From the human T2T-CHM13v2.0 reference genome, Homo sapiens: DNA of 64,000 nt. The stretch lies in the NCBI RefSeq assembly GCF_009914755.1, contig NC_060934.1. One strand, given 5' to 3'. The notes under the pieces are model-generated. The model saw only the letters and a program-made list of their open reading frames with translations, did no database searches and was not told where the DNA came from. A program made the translations under genes and the position numbers. This document shows positions 31,403-45,197 of the stretch, in pieces. Numbering within the stretch: position 1 is the stretch's first letter; every line of letters begins with the position of its first letter.

Positions 31403-32269
31403 CCAGGTGGGAGATACAGATGAGCCTCATGCTCCCTCCTCTAACCCAGGTCATGCTACATAGGTCTAGCGACAGAGAGGCTTCAGGCATTTAGAATGTG
31501 ACTCAGCCATCTTTATTTTCTTTGTGTCATCTACCTTGGCATCAATGTGACAAAGTGACCTGACATGCAGGGAGAGACATACAAATGAATAAGGGACTTC
31601 ATTTGATTCAATCAGGCAAGATTATAAAAATTTGTTTTTGAGGGTTTTTTTCCATTAAAAAACCTTTAAGAGGCAGGCTTGGTAATTGGCAAGTAAAAGA
31701 TGCCACATTTTCTCACCCCTAGCTTTGGCTAGGGTGGTGGGGGCAGAGGAGTGGAATATATGTAGAGATATCAGCCAAATCAATTACATGTTTCATTCTT
31801 ATCAATTTTCCTCAAGCAAATTGATTGCCAGACAAGACCAGTGAGCCATATAATTGCATTTGCCTCTTCTAACAGGGCCAATTTCTTAGGAATTTGTGTT
31901 ACGCATATGATGTTGCCCATTATTGTCAGTTTAAATTTAGGGGCCTAGAGTTCAGAAGAAAAACACTAAACTTCTTCTTGAAAGCCAATCTGGAGCTGAG
32001 TGGAAGAAAATACAAAATTACAGCTTGCGTTTCATGTGCCTGAGAACTAAACTACAATGGAAGTCTGGGCAGAGAACAGTATCCAAGAACCGCCTTTGTG
32101 CTTCCAACTAGGCTCAAGTCTGAAACTCAATAGATGGATACCCTGGGGTAGCCTAGGTGGGGAGACCAAGCTTAAATGTGTGTCACAGCTAGAAAAATGG
32201 AAACACACTATGCACAGAGAGTGCTAGGCTCTTTCCTGCTGACAAGTACACTGCAAGGTAGAAATTTAT

Positions 32270-32480
32270 AGGCTCATATATTCAGACATAAAAGGTTTGC
32301 ATTCTATCTTGGCCACTTAATGGTTGTGCTAGCTTTGGCAAGTTACTTAATTTTCTTAAACTTTATTTCATCATCTGTAAAATAGGGAGAATGCCTCATG
32401 GGTATTAAATGAGTTAATGCAAAAAGAGAGCTTAGCATAATGTCTGACATGTAATAAGTCCTCAGTAAATGTTAGCCATT
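32270..32480 (+). mobile_element. MIR
   Basis: TTTGGCAAGTTACTTAA...TTTCATCATCTGTAAAATAGGGAG...CTCAGTAAATGTTAGCCATTA. Confidence 0.88.
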
Positions 32481-33897
32481 ACTAAAAGTCAAAAATAGGA
32501 ATAAAAATGTCAAGACTAGGTATGATCAGGTAGGACTTAAGGATGCTTACAAAATTAACATCTTAAGGGACTTCCTGGTCAAGAAGAGCATCTGAGCTTG
32601 ACTGCAACCCAAACAGGGCCAGTGCAGGGAGGAGGGATGTCCAAGGAGGCTTCAACCAAAGGAAATAGATGAGGGAAGAGGTCTCAATCAGAGAGTGGAA
32701 ATAGGGCCTAAGTAGTTTCAGAGCTGCCCATAAGTGTGGGGGCCCCTTCAGTCTAGGTCCCCCGACCACACACAACAGTGGTCCTAAAATTCTTAAATGA
32801 GCAGCAGTCAAGGGACACCAAAGGATGCAAAACCATAGCAGCCACTCTGGTCTCTTCCTCCTTGCTGAAAGATTTTTTTTTCTCTCTTATCAAACTTAAT
32901 ACCATAATGGGAACGTGGTTAGACCAACCCTAGATGCTTTTTGGGTCTATTGAGACCCACTCATCTCCACTAGGGAACTCCCCACCAGCAATCCAGTGTG
33001 TAGTTTAATATGTGATTCATTTATCCCACCCACCCCCTCAGACTAGTGTCAGCTTATTGGATGATAAGGAGACACCTAAATAAGAGTGGTCCATCCATTG
33101 ACTGGGTGCTGCTTGGCAAAAAAAAAAAAAAGGAATAAAGTTAATGAGATTCTTTGCATTGGGAATTTCAACCAAGAAACACAAAAGGAAATTTCAGATA
33201 GTACAGTTAAACTTCTGAAAGTGCCCTACTGCCTCATATGCACAACATTCCTAGTAAGGGCAGAGTTCCAGAAGAAGCAGCTCAGAGTAAATCAGAGCAG
33301 AGCGCCAGACAGACTCCAAGAAGCCAAAAAAAGGAAGGTGGCAAAAACATCACATCACAGAGCAATTTTGCAGAAGATTGGCTTCTTGAATCTTCCCAGG
33401 GCCTAAAGTTCAGCTGTTTCTTGAAACTTTGCTTTAGTCTTAGCCAACACCTACCTCGAATGACTTTATTTCAGCTTGGGTTTGTTTCTTTTTGTTTCTT
33501 TGGAGCCTTCGCCTTCTCCTCCTCCTCTTCCTCCTCCTTCTCCTCCTCCCCCGCCCCACCCTTCCTCCCAATCATATTTCTAATAAGAACAGAAGCCCTG
33601 TGTCAACTCTAAAAGCAAAGGCACAGAAGAGTCAACTGAATACCAAGTTTCTTTTCCTAAAGGATCTGTGCACACTGGCTGATGCTTTGGAAATAACCTC
33701 AAAAAATTATATGCAAAGTATCGATGACTAGAGGGGATAGTCATGGGAAAGCCCATCTTGAATCCAGTCCCACTAAGTGAAGACGTCACACTTTCCCTAG
33801 GAAGTCACCATTCTGTTGCAGTAAAGAGGTCCCATGACTCAAGAATAAACATAAGTTCTGCAAGAACAGAGATGGTAGTTTGGAACCTCACTAGGTA

Positions 33898-34240
33898 GGC
33901 CGGGCGTGGTGGCTCATGCCTGTAATCCCAGTACTTTCAGAGGCCACGGCAGGCAGATCACGAGGTCAGGAGATCAAGACCATCCTGGCTAACAGGGTGA
34001 AACCCCGTCTCTACTAAAAATACAAAAAAAAAAAATTAGCCAGGCGTGGTGGCGGGCACCTGTAGTCCCAGCTACTCAGGAGGCTGAGGCAGGAGAATGG
34101 CATGAACCTGGGAGGTGGAGCTTGCAGTGAGCTGAGATCGCGCCACTGCACCACTCCAGCCTGGGTGACAGAGCGAGACTCCGTCTCAAAAAAAAACAAC
34201 AACAACAACAAAAAAACACACACACACACACACAAAAAAA
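33898..34240 (+). mobile_element. AluY with compound (AAC)n/(CA)n tail
   Basis: GGCCGGGCGTGGTGGCTCA...GAGAATGGCATGAACC...GGAGCTTGCAG; TSD AACCTCACTAGGTA (33884-33897) / AACCTGACTATGTA (34241-34254). Confidence 0.97.
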
Positions 34241-34299
34241 AACCTGACTATGTAACATTGGACCAATTATTGTTTTGTTCCAGTAATGAAACTCTTTAT

Positions 34300-34740
34300 A
34301 TTATATCCTTATTTATTTGTTTATTTTTATCATTGTGGTCTCATGGGTTTTTATTTTGTTCAACGGATAATAATCCATTTTATTGTTAATTTGGCCAGTG
34401 GACCCATCTAGCTAGATTCAGTGTCCTTTGGGAATTTCTCCATCATTCCTTGAGCACTTTTTTACTTTCTGGCAAAATAATATGTTTCAGGCTTGTCTTG
34501 TACCTTCTTTGCCCCAGCCCCAAAATAGACATTTACCCAAAGGAAACCTGGTTTCTAGAGTGGAAAATAATATTTAGAGACAATCATCTGGATGCTATAT
34601 ATATTTATTGCTAGTAGCATGTCATTGCTGTTAGCCTACATTTGTTTCTATATCTACTTATTAAAAACCATGAGTTCATATTAATATACCTAATTCCAAT
34701 TCAACACTATTGGATACATTCCAGTCTTCCTCCCTTCCAT
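34300..34740 (-). mobile_element. L1MC4/5-like 3' fragment
   Basis: TTGAGCACTTTTTTACTTTCTGGCA...TGCCCCAGCCC...TATTTAGAGAC. Confidence 0.75.
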
Positions 34741-34769
34741 ACCCACTCCACTTCTCTGTACCATGAAAA

Positions 34770-34885
34770 CTTGAGCCAGTGATTTTACTCCTCCGAGTCA
34801 ATTTCTCCCTCTGTAAAGTGAGGAATAGTAATATCTCTGTTGCTCATCTTTTGTGCAGGTTAAACATAATGGTGTTTATAAACTT
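34770..34885 (+). mobile_element. MIR fragment
   Basis: CTTGAGCCAGTG...TCAATTTCTCCCTCTGTAAAGTGAGGAATAGTAATA. Confidence 0.65.
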
Positions 34886-36664
34886 CCTTGATGGGCTTGC
34901 ATTGGAACAGCCCTGCTGTGAGCCCATGTAAGTCCTCGTGAATTAGACAACACAGACTTGCTCCAAGCAGACAGCCTGGCAAGTACAGTGTGGCTGGCTT
35001 TTTGCCCCAGTTTGCAAGCTGAATAATAGTAACCCACAGAGGCCCCGCATCGTAGGCAGTCAGTAAGTGGTTATTGTTACAAGAGATATATATGCATATT
35101 TTTCTTCCAAATGTGTCATTAAGCAGGAGAACAGGTGGGGCCGAATAAAAGTGCCATCAAGATTTCAGTCGGAAAGGAAACAGGATGAAGCCCAGGGTAC
35201 TGTCAACAGCACCAAGGACATCTCCTTGGTCATGATGGAAAGTGGTCCTCACTCTCATTGTACAGATCATTTTTTAAACTGATGCTAATTGTATCACATC
35301 TTAAACTCTAAATCAGAAGCAGGCTGACTTGAAAATAAAGCCCATTCCATCATCCAAATGCTTAGTTACCAGCTGAGAATCAATCACTGTACAATGCAGA
35401 GTTGCATAATGCAAAAGAACTCTAAAGGAGGAGAGTTCTCTAGTATCTTATGTGTGGAAGGTAGAGTTTGCTGTGGGTTTTGACCTTGTGAAGGCCCCAC
35501 TGCCAAAATGTTCCACACACGTCCTTTGGAGACAGGGAAATGAGTTCATTTTCAGGCCTCTCCAGTGACCTTTCCATAGGGCTTGATGGACTTTCAGTCT
35601 GTCAGGAAGAAGCCTTAGAAATGTATCTCAGTGCTACACATTGCATTGAGAGCACTAAAGTGACACAGACCTCCAAAGTTGCATTTTTCTGTGGAAGAAG
35701 GCAAGGCTGTTATAATCACAGCTGCATTAGGATGGGGTGGAGGCATTGTGGGCAGTCCCCTCTCCTCTTGAAGGAGTCCATTCCATACAGCATCAGAGTG
35801 ACACAAATTTCTAGGTCATTTTGGCAACTGCTCAGCCACAATATGTTTCTTTTTAACCTTTCAGTGGGCGATAGACATGAAAGGATTCAGAAGGATGTGG
35901 TCTCTCACCTTCGGAGCCAGGTGACAGTGACACCTAAAGAGCCCCTTGAAGGAATGCTGAGAAGTAAAAAATGTCATCCAGGAGGAAAGCAGAGCTAACA
36001 TTGTTTCCAGAAGTGGCAGTTCCCACCTGTGTACATTTTCAAGAGTTTCAAAAATCTTGTGGCTCTTGGAGGCATTGATCTAACACCTTATGTTGTGGAT
36101 GAAGTCCAGACAAAAGCAAAGCCCAGTGAGTTATCTAAAGATTATTTCCAGTCATATGTTCCCTGCAAACAAAAACAAAAGCAAAAAAAAAAAAATCCTT
36201 AGGCACAAACCCCCATCCAGAAAAAGAGGAAAGAGCTAAGCCTGAAAGAGTGTGCATCTAGATGTTCAGTATTCAGATCCTTCCTCCTTTCTGGTGTAGG
36301 ACCCAGTGACCTACTGAGCATGGAAGAAGGGTTAATTCTGTCTAAAGGAGAGCTGGGTCTTAGGATTCCCTGGATCACTGGAAGAAATCTGCTCCCTCAT
36401 CAGTAGTCCGGGGTCAAGAATCCACCTCACTCTCTGTCCACCTCAAGCAACTAGGAAAATTCCCACCCCAAGTTGGAGAGAGATATTAGCACCCTGAAAA
36501 CGAGAGAGGAATCCTCAGTCTCTTTAGGACCAGCTCTGTGAGTTGGTGCCTCTGGCTGACCATGCTGGAGAAGTTGCTCCCAACCACAACTGTTGTCCCC
36601 TCCCAGGCCCACCACAAGGCAAGGCTGGCATTCAAAAAGTGAAAGCATCATTTGAACCCACTGC

Positions 36665-36810
36665 CCCATTGACCAGCTGTATCTCATGAGGCAAATCACT
36701 TTCCATTTCTTCATTAGTAAAATGAGAATTAGTATCTATTTCACTTGCCTAAGGTGAGGATTAAGTGTGACTATGCAGAAGTGCATGTAACAGATGTTAG
36801 CTCTTACTAC
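36665..36810 (+). mobile_element. MIR fragment
   Basis: TTTCTTCATTAGTAAAATGAGAATTAG...GTGAGGATTAAGTG...ATGTTAGCT. Confidence 0.7.
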
Positions 36811-36934
36811 TTTTACTTGAAATTCAACCACTTGAGGTACATCCTTCCAAGTTAATATTGTCTCTTCCTCACACACAGTTAAGATTTAACTTTCTCCTGA
36901 CATATTTAAGGAACCAATCCCTCAGTGTAAATCA

Positions 36935-37300
36935 ATATCTCCTCTGCTCACTGAGATAAATGCATATCTGATTGCCTCCTTTGGAGAGGCTAATCAGAAA
37001 CTCAGAATAACATAACCATTTGTTTCTTATCTACCTATGACCTGGAAGCCCCTCTCTGCTTCGAGTTGTCCCACCTTTTGCTTCAAGTTGTTCACTTTTC
37101 TGGACTGAACCAACGTACATTTTACACATATTGATTGATTGTCTCATGCCTCCCTAAAATGTATAAAACCAAGCTGTGCTTCTACCACCTTGGGCACGTG
37201 TGAGGACCTCCTGAGGCTGTATCACAGGTGCACGTCGCCAACCTTGGCAAAATAAATTTCTAAATTAACTGAGACCTGTCTCAGATTTTGGGGGTTCACA
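36935..37300 (+). mobile_element. MER4A-type ERV1 LTR, missing its 5' start
   Basis: CTCTGCTCACTGAGATAAATGCATATCTGATTGCCTCCTTTGG...TGTATAAAACC...AATAAA...GGGGTTCACA end. Confidence 0.88.
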
Positions 37301-37492
37301 CATAAGAAAAATAATAAGCTGCTGACAGATGTTACTTCATTAACACAAAAGAGTGGTAAAGAGCAATACTTCCAAAGCCCACTGTAATTCAAGGAACTGA
37401 CTGCAAAATGAAGAAAACTCAAAATTTTAAACCAAACAGGAAAATGAAAATTGGAGGTGAGATCATCATCTAGAAGGAAAAACAATGACACA

Positions 37493-38406
37493 TGTAAACG
37501 AAAAATAAAATTCTAAGGCCCCCCAAACCATCTGAATGGACTTCCTCCTCAGCCGGGATACTCTTAAAATTTAACCTGAGAGACTGGTTCAGGCCATCAT
37601 GGGAAGTCAGGGGGTCAGACATGCCTCACTATACCTCTCTGCCATTAAGGTCAACACAGACTTTAGGTCTGATGAGAAATATTTTATAACCTATCCTCTC
37701 TGAAGCCTGCTACCTGAAGGCTTCTTCTGCAAATAAGAACTTTAGCCTCCACCATCCTTCTTTTTCTTTCTTTTTTTTTTTTTTTGAAACAAAGTCTCAC
37801 TTTGTCACCCAGGCTGGAGTGCAATGGCATGATCTCGGCTCACTGCAACCTCCACCTCCCAGGTTCAAGCAATTCTTTGCCTCAGCCTTCCAAGTAGCTG
37901 GGATTACAGGCACCCACCACCATGCCCGGCTAATTTTTTGTATTTTTAGTAGAGACAGGGTTTCACCATCTTGGCCAGGCTGGTCTTGAACTCCTAACCT
38001 CACGATCCACCCACCTCGGCCTCCCAAAGTGCTGGGATTACAGGTGTGAGCCACCACACCTGGTCCACAATCCTTTTTCTTAATCCAGACATTCCTTTCT
38101 ATTGATCCCAGGTATTTAGATAAACTCAATCAACTGTCAACCAGAAAATTTTTACATCTACCTATAAGCTGGAATCTACCTGCTGCTTCAAGTTGTCCCA
38201 ACTTTCTGGACCAAACCAATGTATTTCTTAAATATATTTGATTGAAGTCTCATGTTTCCCTAAAATGTATAAAACCAAACTGCCACCCCACCCACCTTGG
38301 GCACATGTTCTCAGGACCTCCTGAGGGCTGTGTCACGGGCCATGGCCATTTGGCTCAGAATAAATCTCTTCAAATATTTTACAGAGTGTGACTCTTTTCA
38401 TCGACA
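37493..38406 (+). mobile_element. MER4B-type ERV1 solo LTR with internal Alu
   Basis: TG start TGTAAACGAAAAATAAAATTCTAAGGCCCCCC; TATAAAA at 38268; AATAAA; ends CTCTTTTCATCGACA. Confidence 0.9.
37761..38064 (-). mobile_element. AluS (Sg-like) inside MER4B
   Basis: Reverse Alu dimer; TSD CCACCATCCTT / CCACAATCCTT. Confidence 0.96.
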
Positions 38407-38629
38407 GAAAAAGCTGAGCTAAGACAAAAAAAGGTCCAGCGCTGAGGACATTTTCTGACTTAATCTCAGTGCATCTAGGTCATTTGAGGGCAGAGAAGGT
38501 CCCTAAAAAAACCCGTAAATTAAACTAAACTACAGGTAACTGTTTTCTAAAACTAGCAAAAAATTCTTTTAAGTTATGAGATTCAATAGATTTAAGGTGC
38601 AGTTTAGCTACAAGTAACGGTAGATAACT

Positions 38630-38830
38630 GAGTTGGAATATTAGATAGAGTGCTGGCTGGAGAAGTCATTTAATACTCTACATCTCAGCTCTGTCTTTGT
38701 AAAACGGAGATAATAATCGAATCTATTTTATAGCACTACTGTGATGGGTAAATGGTGATAATGAATTTACAGTATTTAGCTGAGTGTTTAACATTTAAAA
38801 CTCAATACTTGCCCAATTGTTGTTGTTGTT
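38630..38830 (+). mobile_element. MIR
   Basis: CTCAGCTCTGTCTTTGTAAAACGGAGATAATAAT...ACTCAATA. Confidence 0.65.
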
Positions 38831-38967
38831 GTCATCCTTTAACTTGTTAAGCAGGAAATAGAGGTCTTAGAAATGATATTGCAATGGAAAACGTGGGAGA
38901 CAACTTCCGTGACAAATCAGTATCTACCCTGTATTATGTCAAACAGACTCTGCTTCGATGGTTAATT

Positions 38968-39266
38968 AGGGAAGAGGGAGAATGAAAAGAAGTTGGTTAA
39001 TGGGTACAAAAATACAGCTACATAGAGGGAATACGTTCTAGTAGTCGATAGCATAGTAGGGAAAATATAGTTAACAATAATTTATTGTTATTTCAAAATA
39101 GCTAGAAGAGAAGAATTATAATATTCCCAACACAAAGAATAGATTAATGTTTGAGGTGATGGTTATTCCAATTACCCTGATTTCATCATTACACATTGCA
39201 TATAGGTATGAAAATATCAAATGTGCCCCCAATATCTATACAACTATGATGCATTAATAAATAAAG
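38968..39266 (+). mobile_element. L1MA4-like 3' end
   Basis: GTTGGTTAATGGGTACAAAAATACAG...TTTCAAAATAGCTAGAAGAG...CCAATTACCCTGATT. Confidence 0.87.
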
Positions 39267-40334
39267 TATATATTTAAACTCTGGTAAAAATGAAAATCTA
39301 GTAACTCAAAAAAGCCTAAGCCAAATTTAATGCATTAAGAGGCTATGAAAATAGAGCAAAAAAAAAAAGAATTTAAAAATTTATAACTAAAAACAAAGAT
39401 CACCACCACCCCAACTCCCCTACTCCCCTACCACTCAATGTGGAAATGTCCCACATAGAAGACCCCTTAATAAGCTATAAAACACATCGTTTAATTCTCT
39501 ACCAAGAGGAGACAACTAAATTTAAGATCCCTGAACCTAAAACCCCTACAGAGGCCTTTAGGAGTGGGGACAGTTGGGTCAGGATCCCCGGCAGGAAAGC
39601 AAGTATTCTATGACCACACGGGACAGGCAGCTGCAGGCTTCTATGGACATCATTCGTCCTTAGTAATATAATATTTTAATGTTGCAAATATATACAAGCA
39701 TGACAAATGGGGGAGCACAAAATGACCATTAAGAGTATAATATGTGTGTGAATAACCCATCAGAATAGTCTCTGCAAATAAAGGACCATATAAATGCTAA
39801 TATTCCCACCTCTTACTGGTAATAATAACATGTCATCTGGCTGAAACAGTTCCTTAAGTACTTCATGTTCTCTGCTGGAATCAAGTCATTAATCCCATTT
39901 ATATAGTTAATGGGGAAACCATGAGTCCAAATTAAGGTCCTAAAGAAAAGTACTGGAATTAATGACAAAGGGGAATCGTTTTTTTCTCTACAACTTTATG
40001 TTGCTTTGCTAAATAGAACTTTTTGACCCTGAACTTTACCTTGAATACTGAATAGTTCACACAGGAAAGAAATGCTTAAAACACCTACATCAATAGTTTT
40101 GGAGTTGGTCAACCCACACATGGCACAGTCACTCTAGTCCCCTAGTGACCACAGTCACTGGACTCTTTCCTCAAGCATCCATATTCCGATTAGCCCCATG
40201 AAGGTTGAGTCAGCTTTTTCAGCCTGCCAGTGAGCTAGGACAGCCACCTGCCATGCCACATCATCCTCCCCTGAAGCTCTAGGTGGTGATGCACTGTCAG
40301 TCTGTGGCCTCTTCCACATGAGACACAGTAGCAC

Positions 40335-40500
40335 ATAGTAGTGATATGTTTTCCTGAGCTCCAGAGTCAGACAGATATCCCTGCTCTAACAGCATCTGAA
40401 GCTCCTGGGTCAGTTACCATCTCTCAGGCTTGTTTCCCTTGTTTTTAAAGTGGATGCAGAAGTACAAGGTATTCTTGGGATTATTTGCATAATTATTTAT
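40335..40500 (+). mobile_element. MIR fragment
   Basis: AGCTCCAGAGTCAGACAG...TCAGGCTTGTTTCCCTTGTTTTTAAAGTGG. Confidence 0.6.
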
Positions 40501-40523
40501 TACTATTAATAAACAAGTGACCA

Positions 40524-40700
40524 GAAGGAAAGAAGGAAGATGAGGGAAGGAGGATGCAGAAAGGAAGGAAAGAAGGAAGGAAGGAAGGAAGGAAGGGAGG
40601 AAGGAAGGGAGGGAGGGAGGGAGGGAGGGAGGGAGGGAGGGAGGGAGGGAGGGGAGAGGGAGGGAGGGAGGGAGGGAGGGAGGGAGGGAGGAAGGAGAGG
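40524..40700 (+). repeat. (GGAA)n grading into (GGGA)n polypurine tract
   Basis: Directly visible; almost entirely purine. Confidence 0.97.
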
Positions 40701-41400
40701 ACTCCCTGAAGAGTCACTGCTTTATTCAAAACACCAATGACAGGATAGGCTGCAGGAACTCTTACCAGAGCCCAAAGTCTCTCATACTAGACAGTCTGTC
40801 CTTGTTCTCTGTCACTGAGTGGTTCAGGAGCAAAGCCTGTCAACCTGAAAGAAGCAGCAGCCTCCTTCTTGGAACCAGACCCATGGTTCTTTGAGCATCA
40901 GGGAGAGCATTAGGTTTTTCATGGGGTAGTGGGGTATATACTGTGAACACATTTAAAGATTACAAGGAAAGTGAGATGCTAAGTCTGTCTGTGGCCGTGC
41001 TTCCAACAGAGAACACGTCTGCCCAACCACTTCATTCCTGCTCTACAATTACAAGCCTATTTAGATTGGGAGATTACAGCAAAGGAGCCTAATGCAGCTG
41101 AAATGACCATTGTTCGCCATTCCTCCCACAGGCATCCTCTGGGGGAAGCACTTGGGCACCAGCCTGGGTCCTGTGGGATTTTTTTTTTCTCAGCATAAAG
41201 AGGCAGCCACATTTAAAGGCAGCTTCTCTCCCTATTTTGTGCCCAGCATGTGGGGGAAGGGGAGCACAAAACATTATCCCCAGAGATCCTCAGGCCCCAG
41301 GCTCACTGCCCATGAACATAAAATAGGTGGCCTGGGTCCCTGCTCTGGGGCCCTGTGCTGAAGTGAAAGTAGAGCAGCCAGGCAAGTTATTGTCCAGGAC

Positions 41401-42385
<985 letters not shown>

Positions 42386-44429
42386 GGACAACACATGTAG
42401 AGAGTGAAAGAAAGCACTGGTGATAATATACTGAGAAAACAGGCATAGAATGTGACTACCCACAGCCGGTCATCCTAAGCAGAAGACAGGCTGCTGAAGC
42501 AGGGAGTGATTTTAGAGGGGCTGCATACTGGGGAACCATCACAAGGAGCAGGAAGTGGCCTCTGTGCTGGTTACCTTCTCCATTTAAACTATCTTCACTG
42601 TTTTTCAAAAGAAGGAAGAAAAGTAGGCAGGATGGAAGGAAGGAGGGATGAAGGAAGAGAGAGTAGGAAGGTGGTAAGAAAAGGAAAGAAGGAAAGAAAT
42701 GATTTTTAAACAAAATATATCAAAACTATTAAAAGTAAAAAATACAGAAAAGTACAAAAATTTACTGAAAAATTACCAGTGTGGGGCAGAAGAGATAGTG
42801 TCATCTTGTGTTGAAAATCATTTTTTTCCACATTTCCATACTTGAAGAATAAATAGATAAATGGAAGGAGGGTAGAAAGACAAAATAATTTTATGAAAAA
42901 AAAATCTTACATTATGTACTTTTAATAAAAGGAGTTGAATTAAATTTTACATAGTACCCACAAAAAGGAAACTGAAATGAAACTAAGGGAAATGTTACAC
43001 TTCACATAAACGCTTCTTCATTACCAAAAAATATGAGTTCCTATTTCCAAACTCCCCAGTTCTCTACAATACTGCATACCCTAATCCCCCGTCTGACCTG
43101 ACTCCAGTCACCTGTTGGCCTAACTTGGATTAAAGCAAAGTCCATTTTCAGATCAAGAGAGCAGGCAGCTTTGGCAATGAGTCTGGGGAGTATAAAGACA
43201 GTCCTTCTGCCCCTAAGAACTCTTTCATGATCCTGCTATGGGCTTTTCCATTTCCACCTTCAGTCACTTGCCTGGCGGAAGGTTCCTGTTGTGTTACTTG
43301 GGGAGGTGTCAGGGCTGCAGGTGTAGCTGTGCATCCTCCTTTAATGAGGGGAGTACAGTCAGGAAACGCAGGACTCAGAGCACAAGGGCAGAAGAAGCCA
43401 CACCCAGGCCCCACTCCTGCCATTTCTTTTCTGCAACGGCATCTCGCACTAGCCTTTCTTATCCTTGAACTACTATTTTTCATTTCTGCTTCAAAACATG
43501 GAACAATGGTATCTGAGTTTCCTCCAGCCCTATTTTTGAGTGATGGTAAGCAAACATTTTAACTGTAAAATGCTTCTAATAACCTGGCCAGACTCAAAGC
43601 ATCTCAAAAAAGCAAACACCCACAAAAATATTGCAATCTATGCTCATCTTAAAAGCAGAGCCAAACAGCTTATATTTTACAGATTCAAGAGAGAGTTTAA
43701 TCTTAAATATGACCATACAATTCCATTTTCATTTTAAGGACAGTTATGCTAATAAGAGCCTTTCTGAAACACAATCTGATGAATATCTACCCTTCTTCCT
43801 TGATTCTGGAAAGCCCACTCCCTCAAGAAAGGGTTCCACAGCCCAAGTCAACCTGGTGGACTTCAGCATCATCATACTCTTCCTCGCCCAGTGAGAAGTT
43901 CCCTTTGAAGCAGCACCAGCACCCTCTTGCATTCCATTACCAAGACCTAGAAGATCCCTTGATTGTCAAGAGATCTTGCTTCCTCCCTTGAGGAGGAAGC
44001 AGGTCTTTGAGGTCCAGGCTGGACATGGCCCTGGGTAAGCACCATCCCCAGGAGACGGTGCAAATCTCCTTCCAGCTCCTGGACTTCTGACAACTGGGGC
44101 TGGGGCCACTAGGGGCAGCAGGAGAGAAGGTCATCACTGAAGGCTGTGGCTGAACATAATGTCACTGTTGCTTTGGGCACTCAGAAAGGTATCAGAAAAC
44201 CTCTGACCAACATTACGGATGGACTTAAAATTAAAAAAGAATTGCCGCTAATAATAAAGGTTAAGTAGCAGGGTGCTACTATGCAGCTGTTGTCATCTCT
44301 AATGAGACAGTTCATCCTAGCAGTTGCAGAGAAGTCTGCTGTCAGCTTAGACCTGAGGAAGGGAAGAGCAGTGCCCAAAAGGAGAGACAGGAAAGGGAAT
44401 CAGCATTCCCCATGCACCCACCCTGATCA

Positions 44430-44612
44430 ACAAGGCCAGATACTACTTCACAGATGATATTTTTAGTATTAAAATTGCCCCATAAGTTATGTATTATTAT
44501 CCTCATTTCACAGATGAGGAAACCAAAGCTCAGAAAGGTTAAGTCACTTGTCCAAGGTCACAATGCCAGATGCAGAATGCAAAGCCATGTCTCCCAGAGT
44601 TCTTTCCACTGC
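44430..44612 (-). mobile_element. MIR
   Basis: ATTATCCTCATTTCACAGATGAGGAAACCAAAGCTCAGAAAGGTTAAGTCACTTGTCCAAGGTCACA. Confidence 0.92.
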
Positions 44613-45074
44613 ACAGGGTGCCTCAAGAGATGCACATATCAGCCTCAGCTCTCTCTCTTACTGGCTGCAAGTATGGCCTTGTGCCTAGCAAGGGGTGGAA
44701 ATAAGTCAAGGCCAGCCTGTACAGGGTACAGAGTAATTGACTACATTCAAGGAGAGAAATTCAGGTGCCCTGGGGCCTCAGAGAAGCCTGTCTCAAACCT
44801 GGAATGATTTAGTTTTGGCTGGAGACAGTCAGAGAACAGGGTGGTCACCTGCAGAGGAACATCTCTGGAGAGCATCTGACTGTAAGGCCTTTTTCCAAGG
44901 AGCCTTAGATATAACAGTCTCCTTCAGCTGGCCTGTTTTAGATGCCCCAACAGCAGGAGAAGGTTCCAGGTGACTTCCAAAGGTCTCTATCCATCATAGA
45001 CAAATCTGATCAAGCATGAAGGCAGGCAGTGCCTCAAGTCAAATCAGAAATATCTCTGGAATAAGAACTGAGGT

Positions 45075-45190
45075 TGATAGCTCTGACTGTAAGCCACTTA
45101 GGCAAGTCACCTAACATCTCTGTGCCTCAGTATCCTCAGCTGAAATGGGTTCTCCTCATTCATATCTCATGAGGATCCAGTGATAAAAAT
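45075..45190 (+). mobile_element. MIR fragment
   Basis: TAGGCAAGTCACCTAACATCTCTGTGCCTCAGTATCCTCAGCTG. Confidence 0.8.
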
Positions 45191-45197
45191 AGGATGG

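Noticed and set aside
35540-35998. 152-aa ORF in non-repeat sequence
   Set aside because: No recognisable homology or exon context; length is compatible with chance in 64 kb over six frames
40493-40740. PPSL / GGRE repeat peptides
   Set aside because: Translations of the (GGGA)n simple repeat
44103-44120. CTCF-like GGCCACTAGGGGCAGCA
   Set aside because: One G short of the CCASYAGRKGGC core, which shifts the conserved GC out of register
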